DNA of 64,000 nucleotides. Origin: Leucoraja erinacea. Its lineage: Eukaryota. The stretch lies in NCBI RefSeq assembly GCF_028641065.1, contig NC_073385.1:59830001-59894000 (forward strand), given 5' to 3'. The position numbers were made by a program, and so were the translations under genes. Below, piece by piece: positions 52,398-64,000 of the stretch. The notes under the pieces were generated by a model. It had not been told where the DNA came from. It saw only the letters and a list, made by a program, of their open reading frames with translations, and ran no database searches. Within the stretch, counting starts at the first letter, position 1. Each line of letters begins with the position of its first letter.

Positions 52398-55300
52398 AGG
52401 TTCCCAAATGCAAGAACTATTTATACATGTAACATTTTTGTTTTTAAATCTGCCAAAGATCATAGAGTGGATTCACGTCTGACTAAACTTATGCAGAGCG
52501 GCTATGGACGTTGAGAAAACAGGCACTGACAGTGGTCCATGTGAAAGGACAGTGTTGTAAAAACAAGCCTGAAGGCTTTGTGTCTCAATGCAAGGAGCAT
52601 TCGTAATAAGATGGATGTGTTGAATGTGCAGATAGCTATTAATGACTATGATATAGTTGGGATCACGGAGACATGGCTCCAGAGTGACCAAGGCTGGGAG
52701 GTGAACATCCAGGGATATTCAATATTCAGAAGGGATATACAGAAAGGAAAAGGAGGTGGGGTAGCTTTGCTGGTTAGAGAGGAGTTTAACGCAATAGAAA
52801 GGAAGGACATTAGCTTGGAGGATGTGGAATCAATATGGGTAGAGCTGCGAAACACTAAGGGGCAGAAAACGCTAGTGGGAGTTGTGTACAGGCCACCTAG
52901 CAGTAGTAGTGGAGGATGGCATCAAACAGGAAATTAGAAATGTGTGCAACGAAGGTATAACAGTTATAATGGGTGACTTCAATCTACATATAGATTGGGT
53001 GAATCAAATTGGCAAGGGTGCTGAGGAAGAGGATTTCTTGGAATGTATGCGGGATAGTTTTCTGAACCAAAATGTAGAGGAACCAACGAGAGAGCAGGCT
53101 ATTCTAGACTGGGTATTGAGTAATGAGGAAGGGTTAGTTAGCAGTCTTGTTGTGCGTGGCCCCTTGGGCAAGAGTGACCATGATATGGTCGAGTTCTTCA
53201 TTAGGATGGAGAATGACATAATTAATTCAGAAACAAGGGTTCTGAACTTAAAGAAAGGTAACTTTCAGGGTATGAGACGTGAATTGGCCAAGATTGACTG
53301 GCAATTGATTCTTAAAAGGTTGACGGTGGATAAGCAATGGAAGGCATTTAAAGGCTGCATGTATGAACTACAACAATTGTTCATCCCAGTTTGGCAAAAG
53401 AATAAATCAGGGAAGGTAGTGCATCCGTGGATAACAAGGGAAATCAGGGATAGTATCAAAACAAAAGATGAAGCATACAAATTAGCCAGAAAAAGCAGCC
53501 TACCAGAGGACTGGGAGAAATTCAGAGACCAGCAGGAGAGGACAAAGGGCTTAATTAGGAAAGGGAAAATAGATTATGAAAGAAAACTGGCAGGGAACAT
53601 AAAAACTGACTGCAAAAGTTTTTATAGATATGTGAAGAGAAAAAGATGAGTTAAAACAAATGTAGGTCCCTTGCAGTCAGAAACAGGCGAATTGATCATG
53701 GGGAAAAAGACCATGACAGACCAATTGAATAACTACTTTGGTTCTGTCTTCACTAAGGAAGACTTAATTAATCTGCCGGAAATATCAGGGGACCGGGGGT
53801 CAAATGAGATGGAGGAACTGAGTGAAATCCAGGTTAACCGGGAAGTGGTGTTAGGTAAATTGAATGGATTAAAGGCCAATAAATCCCCAGGGCCAGATAG
53901 GCTGCATCCCAGAGTACTTAAGGAAGTAGCCCCAGAAATAGTGGATGCATTAGTGATAATTTTTCAAAACTCTTTAGATTCTGGAGTAGTTCCTGACGAT
54001 TGGAGGGTAGCTAATGTAACCCCACTTTTTAAAAAAGGAGGGAGAGAGAAAACGGGGAATTACAGACCAGGTAGTCTAACATCGGTAGTGGGGAAACTGC
54101 TAGAGTCAGTTATTAAAGATGGGATAGCACCACATTTGGAAAGTGATGAAATCATTGGACAAAGTCAGCATGGATTTATGAAAGGTAAATCATGTCTGAC
54201 GAATCTTATAGAATTTTTCGAGGATGTAAATATTAGAGTAGATAAGGGAGAACCAGTGGATGTGTTATATCTGGACTTTCAGAAGGCTTTCGACAAGGTC
54301 CCACATAAGAGTTTAGTATACAAACTTAAAGCACACGGTATTGGGGGTTCAGTATTGATGTGGATAGAGAACTGGCTGGCAGACAGGAAGCAAAGAGTAG
54401 GAGTTAACGGGTCCTTTTCAGTATGACAGGCAGTGACTAGTGGGGTACCGCAAGGCTCAGTGCTGGGACCCCAGCTATTTACAATATATATTAATGATTT
54501 GGACAAGGGAATTGAATGCATCATCTCCAAGTTTGCAGATGACACGAAGCTGGGGGGCAGTGTTAGCCGTGACGAGTTTGCTAGGAGGCTGCAAGATGAT
54601 TTGGATAGGCTGGGTGAGTGGGCAAATGCATGGCAGATGCTGTATAATGTGGATAAATGTGAGGTTATCCACTTTGGTGGCAAAAACAGGAAAGTAGACT
54701 ATTACCTGAATGGTGGCTGATTAGGGAAAGGGGAGATGCAACGAGACCTGGGTGTCATGGTACACCAGTCATTGAAAGTAGGCATGCAGGTGCAGCAGGC
54801 AGTGAAGAAGGCAGTGAAGAAAGTGAATGGTATGTTAGCATTCATAACAAAAGGATTTGAGTATAGGAGCAGGGAGGTTCTACTGCAGTTGTACAGGATC
54901 TTGGTGAGACCACACCTGGAGTATTGCTTACAGTTTTGGTCTCCTAATCTGAGGAAGGACATTCTTGCCATAGAGTGAGTACAGAGAAGGTTCACCAGAC
55001 TGATTCCTGGGATGTCAGGACTTTCATATGAAGAAAGACTGGATAGAATTGGCTTGTACTCGCTAGAATTTCGAAGATTGAGGGGGGATCTTATAGAAAC
55101 GTACAGACTTCTTAAGGGGTTGGACAGGCTGATGCAGGAAGATTGTTCCCGATGTTGGGGAACAGAACAAGAGGTCACAGTTTAAGGATAAAGGGGAAAT
55201 CTTTTAGGACAGAGATTAGAAAAATATTTTTTATACAGAGAGTGGTGAATCTCTGGAATGCTCTGCCACATAAGGTAGTTGAGGCCAGTTCATTGGCTAT

Positions 55301-55627
55301 ATTTAAGAATGAGTTAGATGTGGCCCTTGTGGCTAAAGGGATCAGGGGGTATGGAGAGAAAGCAGGTACAGGATACTGAGTTGGATGATCAGCCATGATC
55401 ATATCGAATGGTGGTGCAGGCTCGAAGGGCCGAATGGCCTACTCCTGCACTTATTTTCTATGTTTCTATGACAGCACCTACCAACAATGAAGGCACTTTG
55501 AAACCAGTTGCCCCAAGCCCTTCCCACAGGACGGGGTTTTAACTCGGCATTAAAAGTCAAAAAAGAGTTACATTGATTTAAAAACAAAAATGTTACATGT
55601 ATAAATAGTTCTTACATTCTGGAACCT
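52398..55627. mobile_element. TIR element (~53-bp inverted repeats) interrupted by the CR1
   Basis: 52398-52450 aggttcccaaatgcaagaactatttatacatgtaacatttttgtttttaaatc is the reverse complement of 55575-55627 with 3 mismatches. Confidence 0.7.
52533..55470 (+). mobile_element. 5'-truncated CR1 LINE with near-complete, disrupted ORF2 (APE endonuclease + RT)
   Basis: CLNARSIRNK..ITETWL, IMGDFN, ILDWVL, SDH (APE); KSPGPD.LHPRVLKE, DFQKAFDKVPH, PQGSVLGP, FADDTKL (RT); frameshift near 52910 and TGA stops at 53647, 54424, 54718 and 54976; (TTTCTATG)n tail; candidate TSD (TG)ACAG. Confidence 0.95.
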
Positions 55628-55828
55628 GCTTAATTAAGTGTTGGGATTATTTCCCTGTCCTAACCATGCCTTTGCTTTAGCCCGTATCCATTCCATCTCT
55701 CCCTCGCAAAGATGTGAGATTTCATTAAGAGCACACTTGGATGAATAGATGCAAGCGGCATGTAAAGTGTCTCTTCCATGCTCGCAATACATGAAGCCGA
55801 TGAAATGAGACAACTGTCACACCAAATA

Positions 55829-56013
55829 TAGACACAAAATGCTGGAGTGACTCAGTGGGACAGGCAGTATCTCTGGAGAGAAGGAATGGGTGGCATTTCG
55901 AGTTGAGACTCTTCAGACACTGTCTTCAAGTCTGAAGAATGGTCTTGACGTGAAACGTCACCGATTCCTTCTCTCCAGAGATGTTGCCTGTTCCGCTGAG
56001 TTACTTGTGTCCA
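55829..56013. mobile_element. Palindromic Penelope-derived element
   Basis: Inverted arms; CTGAAGAATGGTCTTGACGTGAAACGTC at 55932. Confidence 0.65.
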
Positions 56014-56689
56014 TCTTTGGTTAAAACAGTTTACAGATTAGGGGGGGGGGGGGGGGGGGGGGGGGGGAGTGGGAGAAGATAAAATAGTTTGTTGTCATGC
56101 ACACTTGTTATCGGCCCACCAGGGAATGTCTGTGTGTCCCTATGTTTTAAAAGTGATTTACTCTGCCCCGAGCCATCTGTCCCCACGGCCGGGGTGGGGG
56201 TGAATCACCCGGTGTAGGTGTCAGGGTCCAGGGGTCGAAGGGGTTGGGGAAAATCACCCTGGTGTGGGGGTTGGGGTCTGATGGCGGTGCACTCTGGTTG
56301 GGCGGAGGGTCCAGTCTGTCCCACACCTCCGCTCCATGTGACCCACAGCCCTTCACAGTGTGGTCGCACGGGGGAGATGAGGCGGAGGACGGCTGTGGCC
56401 GTGGGAGAGTGGGGGCTGTCCTGAGGGATGCGCACTTTCAGCCGCTTACAATTTGGTGCTCAGGTTCAGATTGCCCAGTCACCTATGGCTTGTGTGGAGA
56501 AATGACCCCCACCCTCCTGTCTCCACCGCCCAGTGATGTGATGGACGTGGGAGTCTGGACCAATCGCTGACAAGTCCTGCCCCACCGGCAACTTTATGTC
56601 CGTTATTTGACATTTCTGTTGAGCGGCATTCGGTTTGTTGGCTTCGAGGCAACGCAGCTTCGCAGCTACACATCTATCTTCAGACTTCA

Positions 56690-57162
56690 GACTCATCTAC
56701 ATCAGTGAGACCAAGCGTAGGCTTGGCGATCGTTTCGCCGAACACCTCCGCTCGGTCCGCATTAACCAACCTGATCTCCCTGTGACTCAGCACTTCAACT
56801 CCCCCTCCCATTCCGAATCCAACCTTTCTGTCCTGGACCTCCTCCAGAGTGAGCACCACTGGAAATTGGAGGTGCAGCACCTCATATTCCGCTTGGGCAG
56901 TTTGCACCCTAGCGGCATGAACATTGACTTCTCCAATTTCCGGTAGCCCTTGCTGTCTCCTCCCCTTCTTAGCTGTCCCTCAGCCCTCTGGCTCCTCCTC
57001 TTCCTTTCTCCTTTCTACCCCCCCCCCCTACATCAGTCTGAAGAAGGGTTTTAGCCCGAAACGTCGCCTATTTACTTCGCTTCATAGATGCTGCTGCACC
57101 CGCTGAGTTTCTCCAGCAATTTTGTCTACCTTCGATTTTCCAGCATCTGCAGTTCCTTCTTA
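56690..57162 (+). mobile_element. Penelope-like element 3' end: GIY-YIG endonuclease fragment plus pLTR with hammerhead core
   Basis: LIYISETKRRLGDRFAEHLRSV..PVTQHFNSPSHS..EVQHLIFRLGSLHPSGMNIDF; CTGAAGAAGGGTTTTAGCCCGAAACGTC at 57038-57065. Confidence 0.85.
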
Positions 57163-58129
57163 AACCATATATTTTGTATTTTCTGGGTCTTCTAACTGAG
57201 AGAGAATAGGACCGAGCAAGGCTTCATCTTTATTCAATTTGTATAGTTTATTTCACAACAAAATAAAAAGGAATGCTGTTAAATTTGAAAATCGGAATGT
57301 AAAAGGCAAGGATGTTGCTTTAATAATAAATGGATTCAGGGATTCGAGTGCAGTCGATTCACAAACTACTGCCACACAAAGAGGCAGCTGTTAGTGTGTA
57401 TATCTTCCAAACATCAGAAGCAGCAAAGCTAAAACTGTTTATGCTCACTGCTGCAATAGGCCGAGTTTGTGAGCGGTTAGCTCGGATTCCCTATGAACTG
57501 TTGGTCTTGGCCTTGGTACAGACAAGGACGTGATTCCGTGCCAAAGTATTTTCCCAGCCTGTTCGGAGATGACAGGCAGCTATTGAGTCTGGACAAAATA
57601 CATTTTCAGGGGTATTCACCTACAAATAATCCTTTCCAAGTGCTCCGGATAGCAACCTTATGGGGTGTCATCAAACACTCATTTAACTGTCATCACTAGG
57701 AATGAAAAACATATTTTCTGACTATGTCCTTTTTCCTCTGGCGAACGATGGATGTTTACTAATAAACCCACTGATCCAGCCCTTCCTTAGAACATCCCCG
57801 AGCTGCATGTTCTTCCCTTTTTAGCAATGGATCTCTTTCCCGAACAGACCACCTCTGCTTCAGTATATCTTAGGCGATGGATGACTTTTTGTTGCCTTCT
57901 TTCACAGTGGAAAATGTTGATTCTGCTGTGGGGGGACGTTCATGTTAAACTCTATAGTGTGTTGTGTATTTTTTCTTTTTTTTCTTTTATATGGATGTAT
58001 GGTAATCTAATTTCTTCTCTGTAAAGCACTTTGGCTTCAGCGTGATTTGATTTAAAAGTGCTATATAAATAAAAATTACTTACTTATTTACTTACCTACA
58101 TTTGGATTGGATCTTCTCCAGAACTTATA

Positions 58130-58690
58130 TTATTGGGAGGTTATATTACAGTTGTACAAAGCATTGGTGGGCCACATTTAGAGTACTGTGTTCAGTTTTG
58201 GTCACAGTATAGGAAAGATATTGTTAAGCTAGAAAAGGGTGCAGATTTAGGAGGATGTTGCCAGGACTCGAGGGCCAGAGCTATTGGGAGAGGTTGAGCA
58301 GGTTGGGACTTTGTTCTTTGGAGCACAGGAGGATAAAGGGCAATCTTATAGAGGCGATTAAGACCATCAGTTGAATACATAGTGTAATTGTGCATTCCCC
58401 TACCCAGAGAAGGGGAATCAAGAAATTGTGACATATGTTTAAGGTGGGGGTTTAATAGGAACCTGTAGGGCAACCTTTTTACACAAAGGTGGTAGGGCTA
58501 TGGAATGAGCTTCTAGAGGAGGTAGTTGAAGTTTAAGAAACATTTCGACAGGTACATGGATAGGATAGGTTTAGAAGAATATGGGCCAAATGCAGGCAGG
58601 TGGGACGTGTCGATGGGATAGGTTGGTTGGAGTGGGCAAGTTGGGCCGAAGGGCCTGTTTCCACGGTGTTTGGCTCGGTGACTATGATTC
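58130..58690 (+). mobile_element. CR1 3' fragment
   Basis: ccacatttagagtactgtgttcagttttgg and gggccgaagggcctgtttcc tail. Confidence 0.75.
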
Positions 58691-59539
58691 TAATTCTACG
58701 CTGAGAATCAGAGAAAGAAAGAATCGCATTTAACTTTTCACGTGTGTTAATTTAACTGCATGTGGAGTGCCATCTTAATCCATTTACGCGTTGATTCATT
58801 AATCCAAGTGCTCCTGACTCCGCCCCTGGCAGAACTTCAAATGTCTTTACTCAACTTCATATGTCCTAGTTTCACTCGGCGACATTTACAACGAACGGGC
58901 GAAAGTATTGGTGTTAACTTGCTGCCAAAATTACTTGAATGCATTTAACCACTTTGAACTAAACATATTAATGACCAAACGAAAATAGCACAGGCTGGAA
59001 TTCAACTCGGACGCATTAACAGTTGCACTAAAAATAGCGGAGGACTTAAAGCCCTTCACCTGCAGCGGGCTGTGAGGAGTTGCGAACTGCAGGAGATCGG
59101 CGGGACTTGGGACAGACACGGCCACAGCCTTGTATCATTTGTGTGTGGAGTCGTTGGAAAGTGGTCATTTCTTCCTCTCGATTAACAGAAAGCAGCATCG
59201 TTTGAGTTGACCCTGGTTCAGACTTCACCTGCTTAATATCGTCAGTTACAACATGAGGTAAAGGGGTCAGATATACGCAGCGGGCGCTACCCCCTGCTCG
59301 GCGCTGTGTCATTGCCGGGTCATTGGCAGCTGTTCTATCTCAGCCTCGGCTACGTACACTTTGTGACCGAACGCTTGGCATGTGTGAGATTCTTTGGCGA
59401 GTTATTGTTTTAGCGACTTTAAAATGTGCTAGAATGAATGAAGGGAGTGGGGGTGGGGGGGTGGTCAGAGGTGACCTTTGGGTTAGAGGGAGAGGCTCCT
59501 TGTCTAGTTTTTAAAAACCCAGAACCGCGTCGACCCAAC

Positions 59540-59803
59540 GTGTACAGAGATTGGTGAATCTGTGGAATTACAGAGAGTGGTGAATCTGTGGAATTCTCTG
59601 CCACAGAAGGTAGTTGAGGCCAGTTCATTGCTATATTTAAGAGGGAGTTAGATGTGGCCCTTGTGGCTAAAGGGGTCAGGGGGTATGGAGAGAAGGCAGG
59701 TACAGGATACTAAGTTGGATGATCAGCCATGATCATATCGAATGGCGGCGCAGGCTCGAAGGGCCGAATGGCCTATTCCTGCACCTATTTTCTATGTTTC
59801 TAT
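59540..59803 (+). mobile_element. CR1 3' end
   Basis: Matches 48070-48317; short duplicated 5' junction. Confidence 0.85.
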
Positions 59804-60395
59804 GTACAGTCGGCAACTAACACAAATGATTTACACTTGGTCTTAGTAAACAGCGATGCATCAGGCACGACTGACAGCTCTATTTGTCTGTCCCGAATGT
59901 CTTGGAGACAAGATTGATGGAACCTTTGAAAACAAATAATGAGATGTATCTGTGTATCCTGTACTGTAAAGTGACTAATTGTGTCCACGAAAAGGTCTTT
60001 GCTCATTATTTCTGCGCAAAAGAGTCGGGTTAAGTGATTCCTCTCGTGATCAGAATAAAGGTGGACAAACCCCTCCACGGCGGAAACTCCTGTGTTGTTA
60101 AGTGGGACGTTACAAAGAAATGTAGGATGCTGGATTAAACCGAAAGCAGACACACAAGAAGGAGTAATTCAGCGGGTCAGTCAGCATCTTGATCAGTCTG
60201 AAGAAGGGTTTCGGCCCGAAACGTCGCCTATTTCCTTCGCTCCATAGATGCTGCTGCACCCGCTGAGTTTCTCCAGCAATTTTGTGTACCTAGCATCTCA
60301 TCTTTATTTTGTTTTGCATATCTTTCATTCATTTGTTCAATACCTCTCTCTATCGCCGTCTAAATCTCTCGTTTCCCTTTCCCCCGAATCTCAGT

Positions 60396-60423
60396 CTGAA
60401 GAAGGGTCTCGACCCGAAACGTC
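60396..60423 (+). ncRNA. Minimal type I hammerhead ribozyme motif (Penelope-type)
   Basis: CTGAAGA-A-GGGTC-TC-GACCC-GAAAC-GTC; second copy at 60198-60225; activity untested. Confidence 0.6.
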
Positions 60424-61007
60424 ACCTATTCCTTTTCTCCAGAGATGCTGCCTGACCCGCTGAGTTACTCCAACTTTTTGCGTCTTTCTTCGTGTTACAA
60501 AGAAACCTATAAGCCAATATAACCAGGTTAGGGATGTAGGCGAGTTATCTTTTACTGGAAAGAACATGTAACACGGATCTCAATTTGAGGGGAAAGTATA
60601 GATTTGAAATGCGTCTCTGGGATTACCGGAATTTTGATGAATCTGTGCGGTGGAAAATATTTTCCCATCGGAGCAGATAAAATATTTGTATTCGTCAAGC
60701 ATGGTCCAGGTGACATGCAGAAGATGATGTTGAACATCTCCGACTTCTCTGCTTTATCACGATAAGTGAGTCAAAGCGGGCAAGGGGAGTCGGCTCCAGG
60801 CCGATATGGATTAGGTAAAATGTCTCTTCCCCTCCCCATGAGCCCAATCCACCACCTAATCCCATTACCACGACCCACCATTCATTATCTTATTCCATTA
60901 TCCCACCCACCATCTTCTCCCATCACCCTTTACCCTATCCCATAACCCTATCCACCACCCATTATCCCATCCCATTAAACTGTCTCACCATCTGTTACCC
61001 CATCCAA

Positions 61008-61710
61008 ACTTACATAGTTCCTTGAAAGTGTGTCCCAGGTAGATAGGGTGGTCAAGAAGGCTTTCAGCACATTGGTCTTCATCACTCAGAGTATTGAGTA
61101 TAGAAGTTGGAAGGGCATGTTGCAGTTGTACAGGATATTGGTGAGGCCACATTTGGAGTTTTGGTCAACCTGTTATAGGAAAGATATTGTTAAGCTGTTA
61201 AAAATGCAGAGAATTTATATGTGATGCGTATTAGTAATTTACTGTACTTCTAATAAAAAAAAATAAAAAAAATGCAGAGAAGATTTACAAGGATGCTGTC
61301 TGGACTGGAGGACCTAAGCTGCAGGGAGAGGTTGAGCAGTCTAGGACTTTATTCCTTGGAGCATAGGAGGATGAGGGATGATCGTACAGAGGTGTGTAAT
61401 ATTGTGAGAGGTTTAGATATGGTAAATTAATAGCCTTTTACCCAGTGTGTGGGGAATCAAGAACCAGAGGACATAGGTGAGGGGGGAAATGATTTAGTAG
61501 GAATCTGAAGGACAACTTTTTTAACGCAAAGGATTGTAGGAATACGGAATGGACTGTCAGAGGAGATATTTGAAGCAGATAATATCACAATATTTGGGAC
61601 AAATACATGAATAGGTTAGGTTTAAAGGGATATGGGACAAATGCAGGCAGGTGGGACTGGTCAAGTGGGCAAATTGGGCCGAAGTGCCCAGTTCCACACT
61701 GTATGACTAG
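61008..61710 (+). mobile_element. CR1 3' fragment splitting a C-rich low-complexity tract
   Basis: VDRVVKKAFSTL..LVRPHLEFW; CCCATY-rich flanks at 60840-61005 and 61720-61900. Confidence 0.75.
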
Positions 61711-63258
61711 GACTCTTACCTTGTCACACCTCCTATTACCCCAACCCACTACAGTGCCTCACAAACTGATACCCTATCTATCACCTTGTCTCACCACATG
61801 TTGCCGTACCCCATTACCCTACTCCACTGCCTGTCACCCCATCCCATTACTTTGTTCCACCACCTGAAACCCTGTTCCCCCATCTCCTACCCAATCCCAT
61901 TCATTTCTCCAATTCATTAAAGTTCCTTGGCAGCAGAGAGGAGTCATGTAAGGGTTTACTAGTAAGAAGCCATGATCAAATTCTCCTGATATGCTTGTTT
62001 CCCATGGCCTCTATCCCGAGAATGTTCCTTTGTCTGCATTAATAACTGTAAACAAATAGTTTCATGCACACAGCGGCCTGCTCTACTAAAGAGCACTCAA
62101 GGAGAGGAATGTATGCAGACACATGTCCATGTAAAGTGTGGATTGCGTGCAGATGTGAATAGTACTCCTTTCATCTCCATACATGCTGGAAATTAACCTG
62201 GCACAGAACCAATGTCCTTCCTTTGATTACCAGCTATAAACTTTATAGGATTGTATATATTCAATTTATTATATTAAAAATCTGCAATAAAATTGGAACC
62301 AACCTCTCAAAAAGCCCATGATCATGGCAGCAATTAGAGCAAATATTATTTCTTGCATTTCTGGGCAGGAGTTGCAGTTTGTGATGATTTTCATAAAGTA
62401 TTTGGCTGATCTGAACATTAAATTTGTGTCAGCTTGGCTAACGTTTCTTTTCCAGACCAATTTTTATGCTAGAAGACAATTCCAGTGTTCATGTTTTGCT
62501 TTGCACAAAATATTAAAACAAGTAGTGGAATTAAAGCAGGTCTAGACCCGTTTGCCCTGCTCTATTTTTTAATCATTACTCCAGGATTGTTGATCTCCAC
62601 TGTTGACAGCAGAGTTTTTTGTGTTTTCATCCATGAAAAGAGGAACAATAAATGTTGAATTCCTCAGTGGTTTCCTGAATATAATTTTTCCAATCTGCCT
62701 GCAAGTGACTAAAATTAATTTTGATTTTATTTCTGTTTTATAAATCTGTAGAAACTTTCTATAATCAGATTTTTGTATTTATTACTGGATTACTCGCGTA
62801 GTCAACTTTTTGTTTCATTTTTTTTTGGTCCTGCTTTGCTGAACACAATATTTCAATTCCTCAACCTTCTGTTCTTTCTGGTGATTGATAAGACTTTTGA
62901 CATAATGTTATTCTCAGTTAGCCATGGCTAACCACTGCCATATGTTTATGCCTTAAATGGATGAACATATGTTATAAATTATGCATTAATTCTTTCAATA
63001 TTGGCAATTATTTGTTGTTAAAATTGTTAACTTAAACCTTCTTAAATACTGAATAATCAATATTTAAAGTTAAGCCATAATTTCCACATTGTCAAAACAT
63101 GACCCCTTTAAAGTTTGCTTTGTTGAATTTAAGGCTCTGGTATTGGATTGAAATAAATGCCATTCAGTCTTTATACAAAGGGTGTTACTTAAACCTCAGA
63201 GGGTGGTGGAGGCCTGTTCTTGGAAATACTGAATAGATGAATATTTAAAGTCAGGGTA

Positions 63259-64000
63259 TTTTTTTTTTTTTTTTTTTGATTATTTTTATGGCGGTGCTGG
63301 CTCAGTACGGTAAATTACAATTCTATTTACACAACACATATATCTTGATACATTTTTTATACCGTTTCATTTTTTTATTTTTTTTTAGAGCTTTAAGAAA
63401 AAAGTAGAAGTTAGGAAAGAAAAGCAATAAAGTGCAAGAGAATCGTTTTCCACATTTGTTACAGCCTGCGAGAGTAGTAAGTCATCTTTTTTGTCATCAA
63501 AACAAAGCCCCTAAAAAGGAAAAAACAGGTGTTAGAGTAAAGGAAGTAAAGTGATAAAAATAGACCCTAGAAAGGAAATAAGGAGAAAGTAGAAACAATC
63601 GCTCTATTATGGAACATTATTTTCAAATGTTCCGCAGAGAGGGGACTACATTCAACCAAGTCTGTGTTTTGTTATTTTACCTCCCGTTACCAGGTCCTGA
63701 TTCCACTTATTTATATATTTGTTTTTTTTAGATTACTATTGCACCTCATACTTGTAATAGGTCCAGGCACATAACCAGAACAACATTGCTGGAGAAACTC
63801 AGCAGGTGCAGCACGTCTTTTTGAAATTGGTCTGCTTTACCTGCTAGGAGGAATCTCATCTCTTCCCCTGGTGTAATGTTTCAACCATATTTGACTTGAC
63901 ATCCACATCTTTTTTATTGTTGGTGTCGGGCGCATTTTTCCAGAATTTAAGTATAAGCTTTTTTCCTATTCCTTCTAGGTTTTAATTAAATAAATTCTTC
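63259..64000 (-). mobile_element. Probable L1-clade LINE 3' end, continuing beyond the window
   Basis: T20 run at 63259-63278 (poly-A on minus); the minus strand near the window end translates IGKKLILKFWKNAP, resembling fish L1 ORF2 C-termini. Confidence 0.5.

Noticed and set aside
52578-55379. Large ORFs as host genes or an active retrotransposon
   Set aside because: CR1 ORF2 with a frameshift, at least four stops and no ORF1

Overview
Vertebrate genomic DNA, most likely a cartilaginous fish (skate/ray-like; inferred from the CR1/HE1-type V-SINE/Penelope repeat landscape). The only host genes I can support are three intact, three-exon paralogs of the seven-beta-strand protein-lysine methyltransferase EEF1AKMT3 (METTL21B): copy A (+, 537-5313, 228 aa), copy B (+, 16044-20666, 210 aa) and copy C (-, 30742-34596, 230 aa). 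All three have GT-AG introns at the same positions, a 112-nt middle exon, motif I ELGSGTG and a DxxY motif, but they have diverged strongly from each other. The rest is transposon-derived: many CR1 fragments (one ~2.9 kb EN+RT copy), an L2, a Gypsy 3' end with PPT and LTR, a HERO-like RLE fragment, a Penelope GIY-YIG fragment, palindromic Penelope-derived elements with hammerhead-ribozyme cores, V-SINEs, hAT and Harbinger MITEs with clean TSDs, and an L1 3' end. Points worth a second look are the paralog cluster itself, interferon/PU.1-IRF-type motifs around copy B, and a 234-bp scrambled exon+intron copy of gene C inserted upstream of gene C between 10-bp direct repeats. Two N gaps lie at 23147-23366 and 23491-23671. 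All alignments were made by eye, and repeat boundaries without a TSD are approximate.
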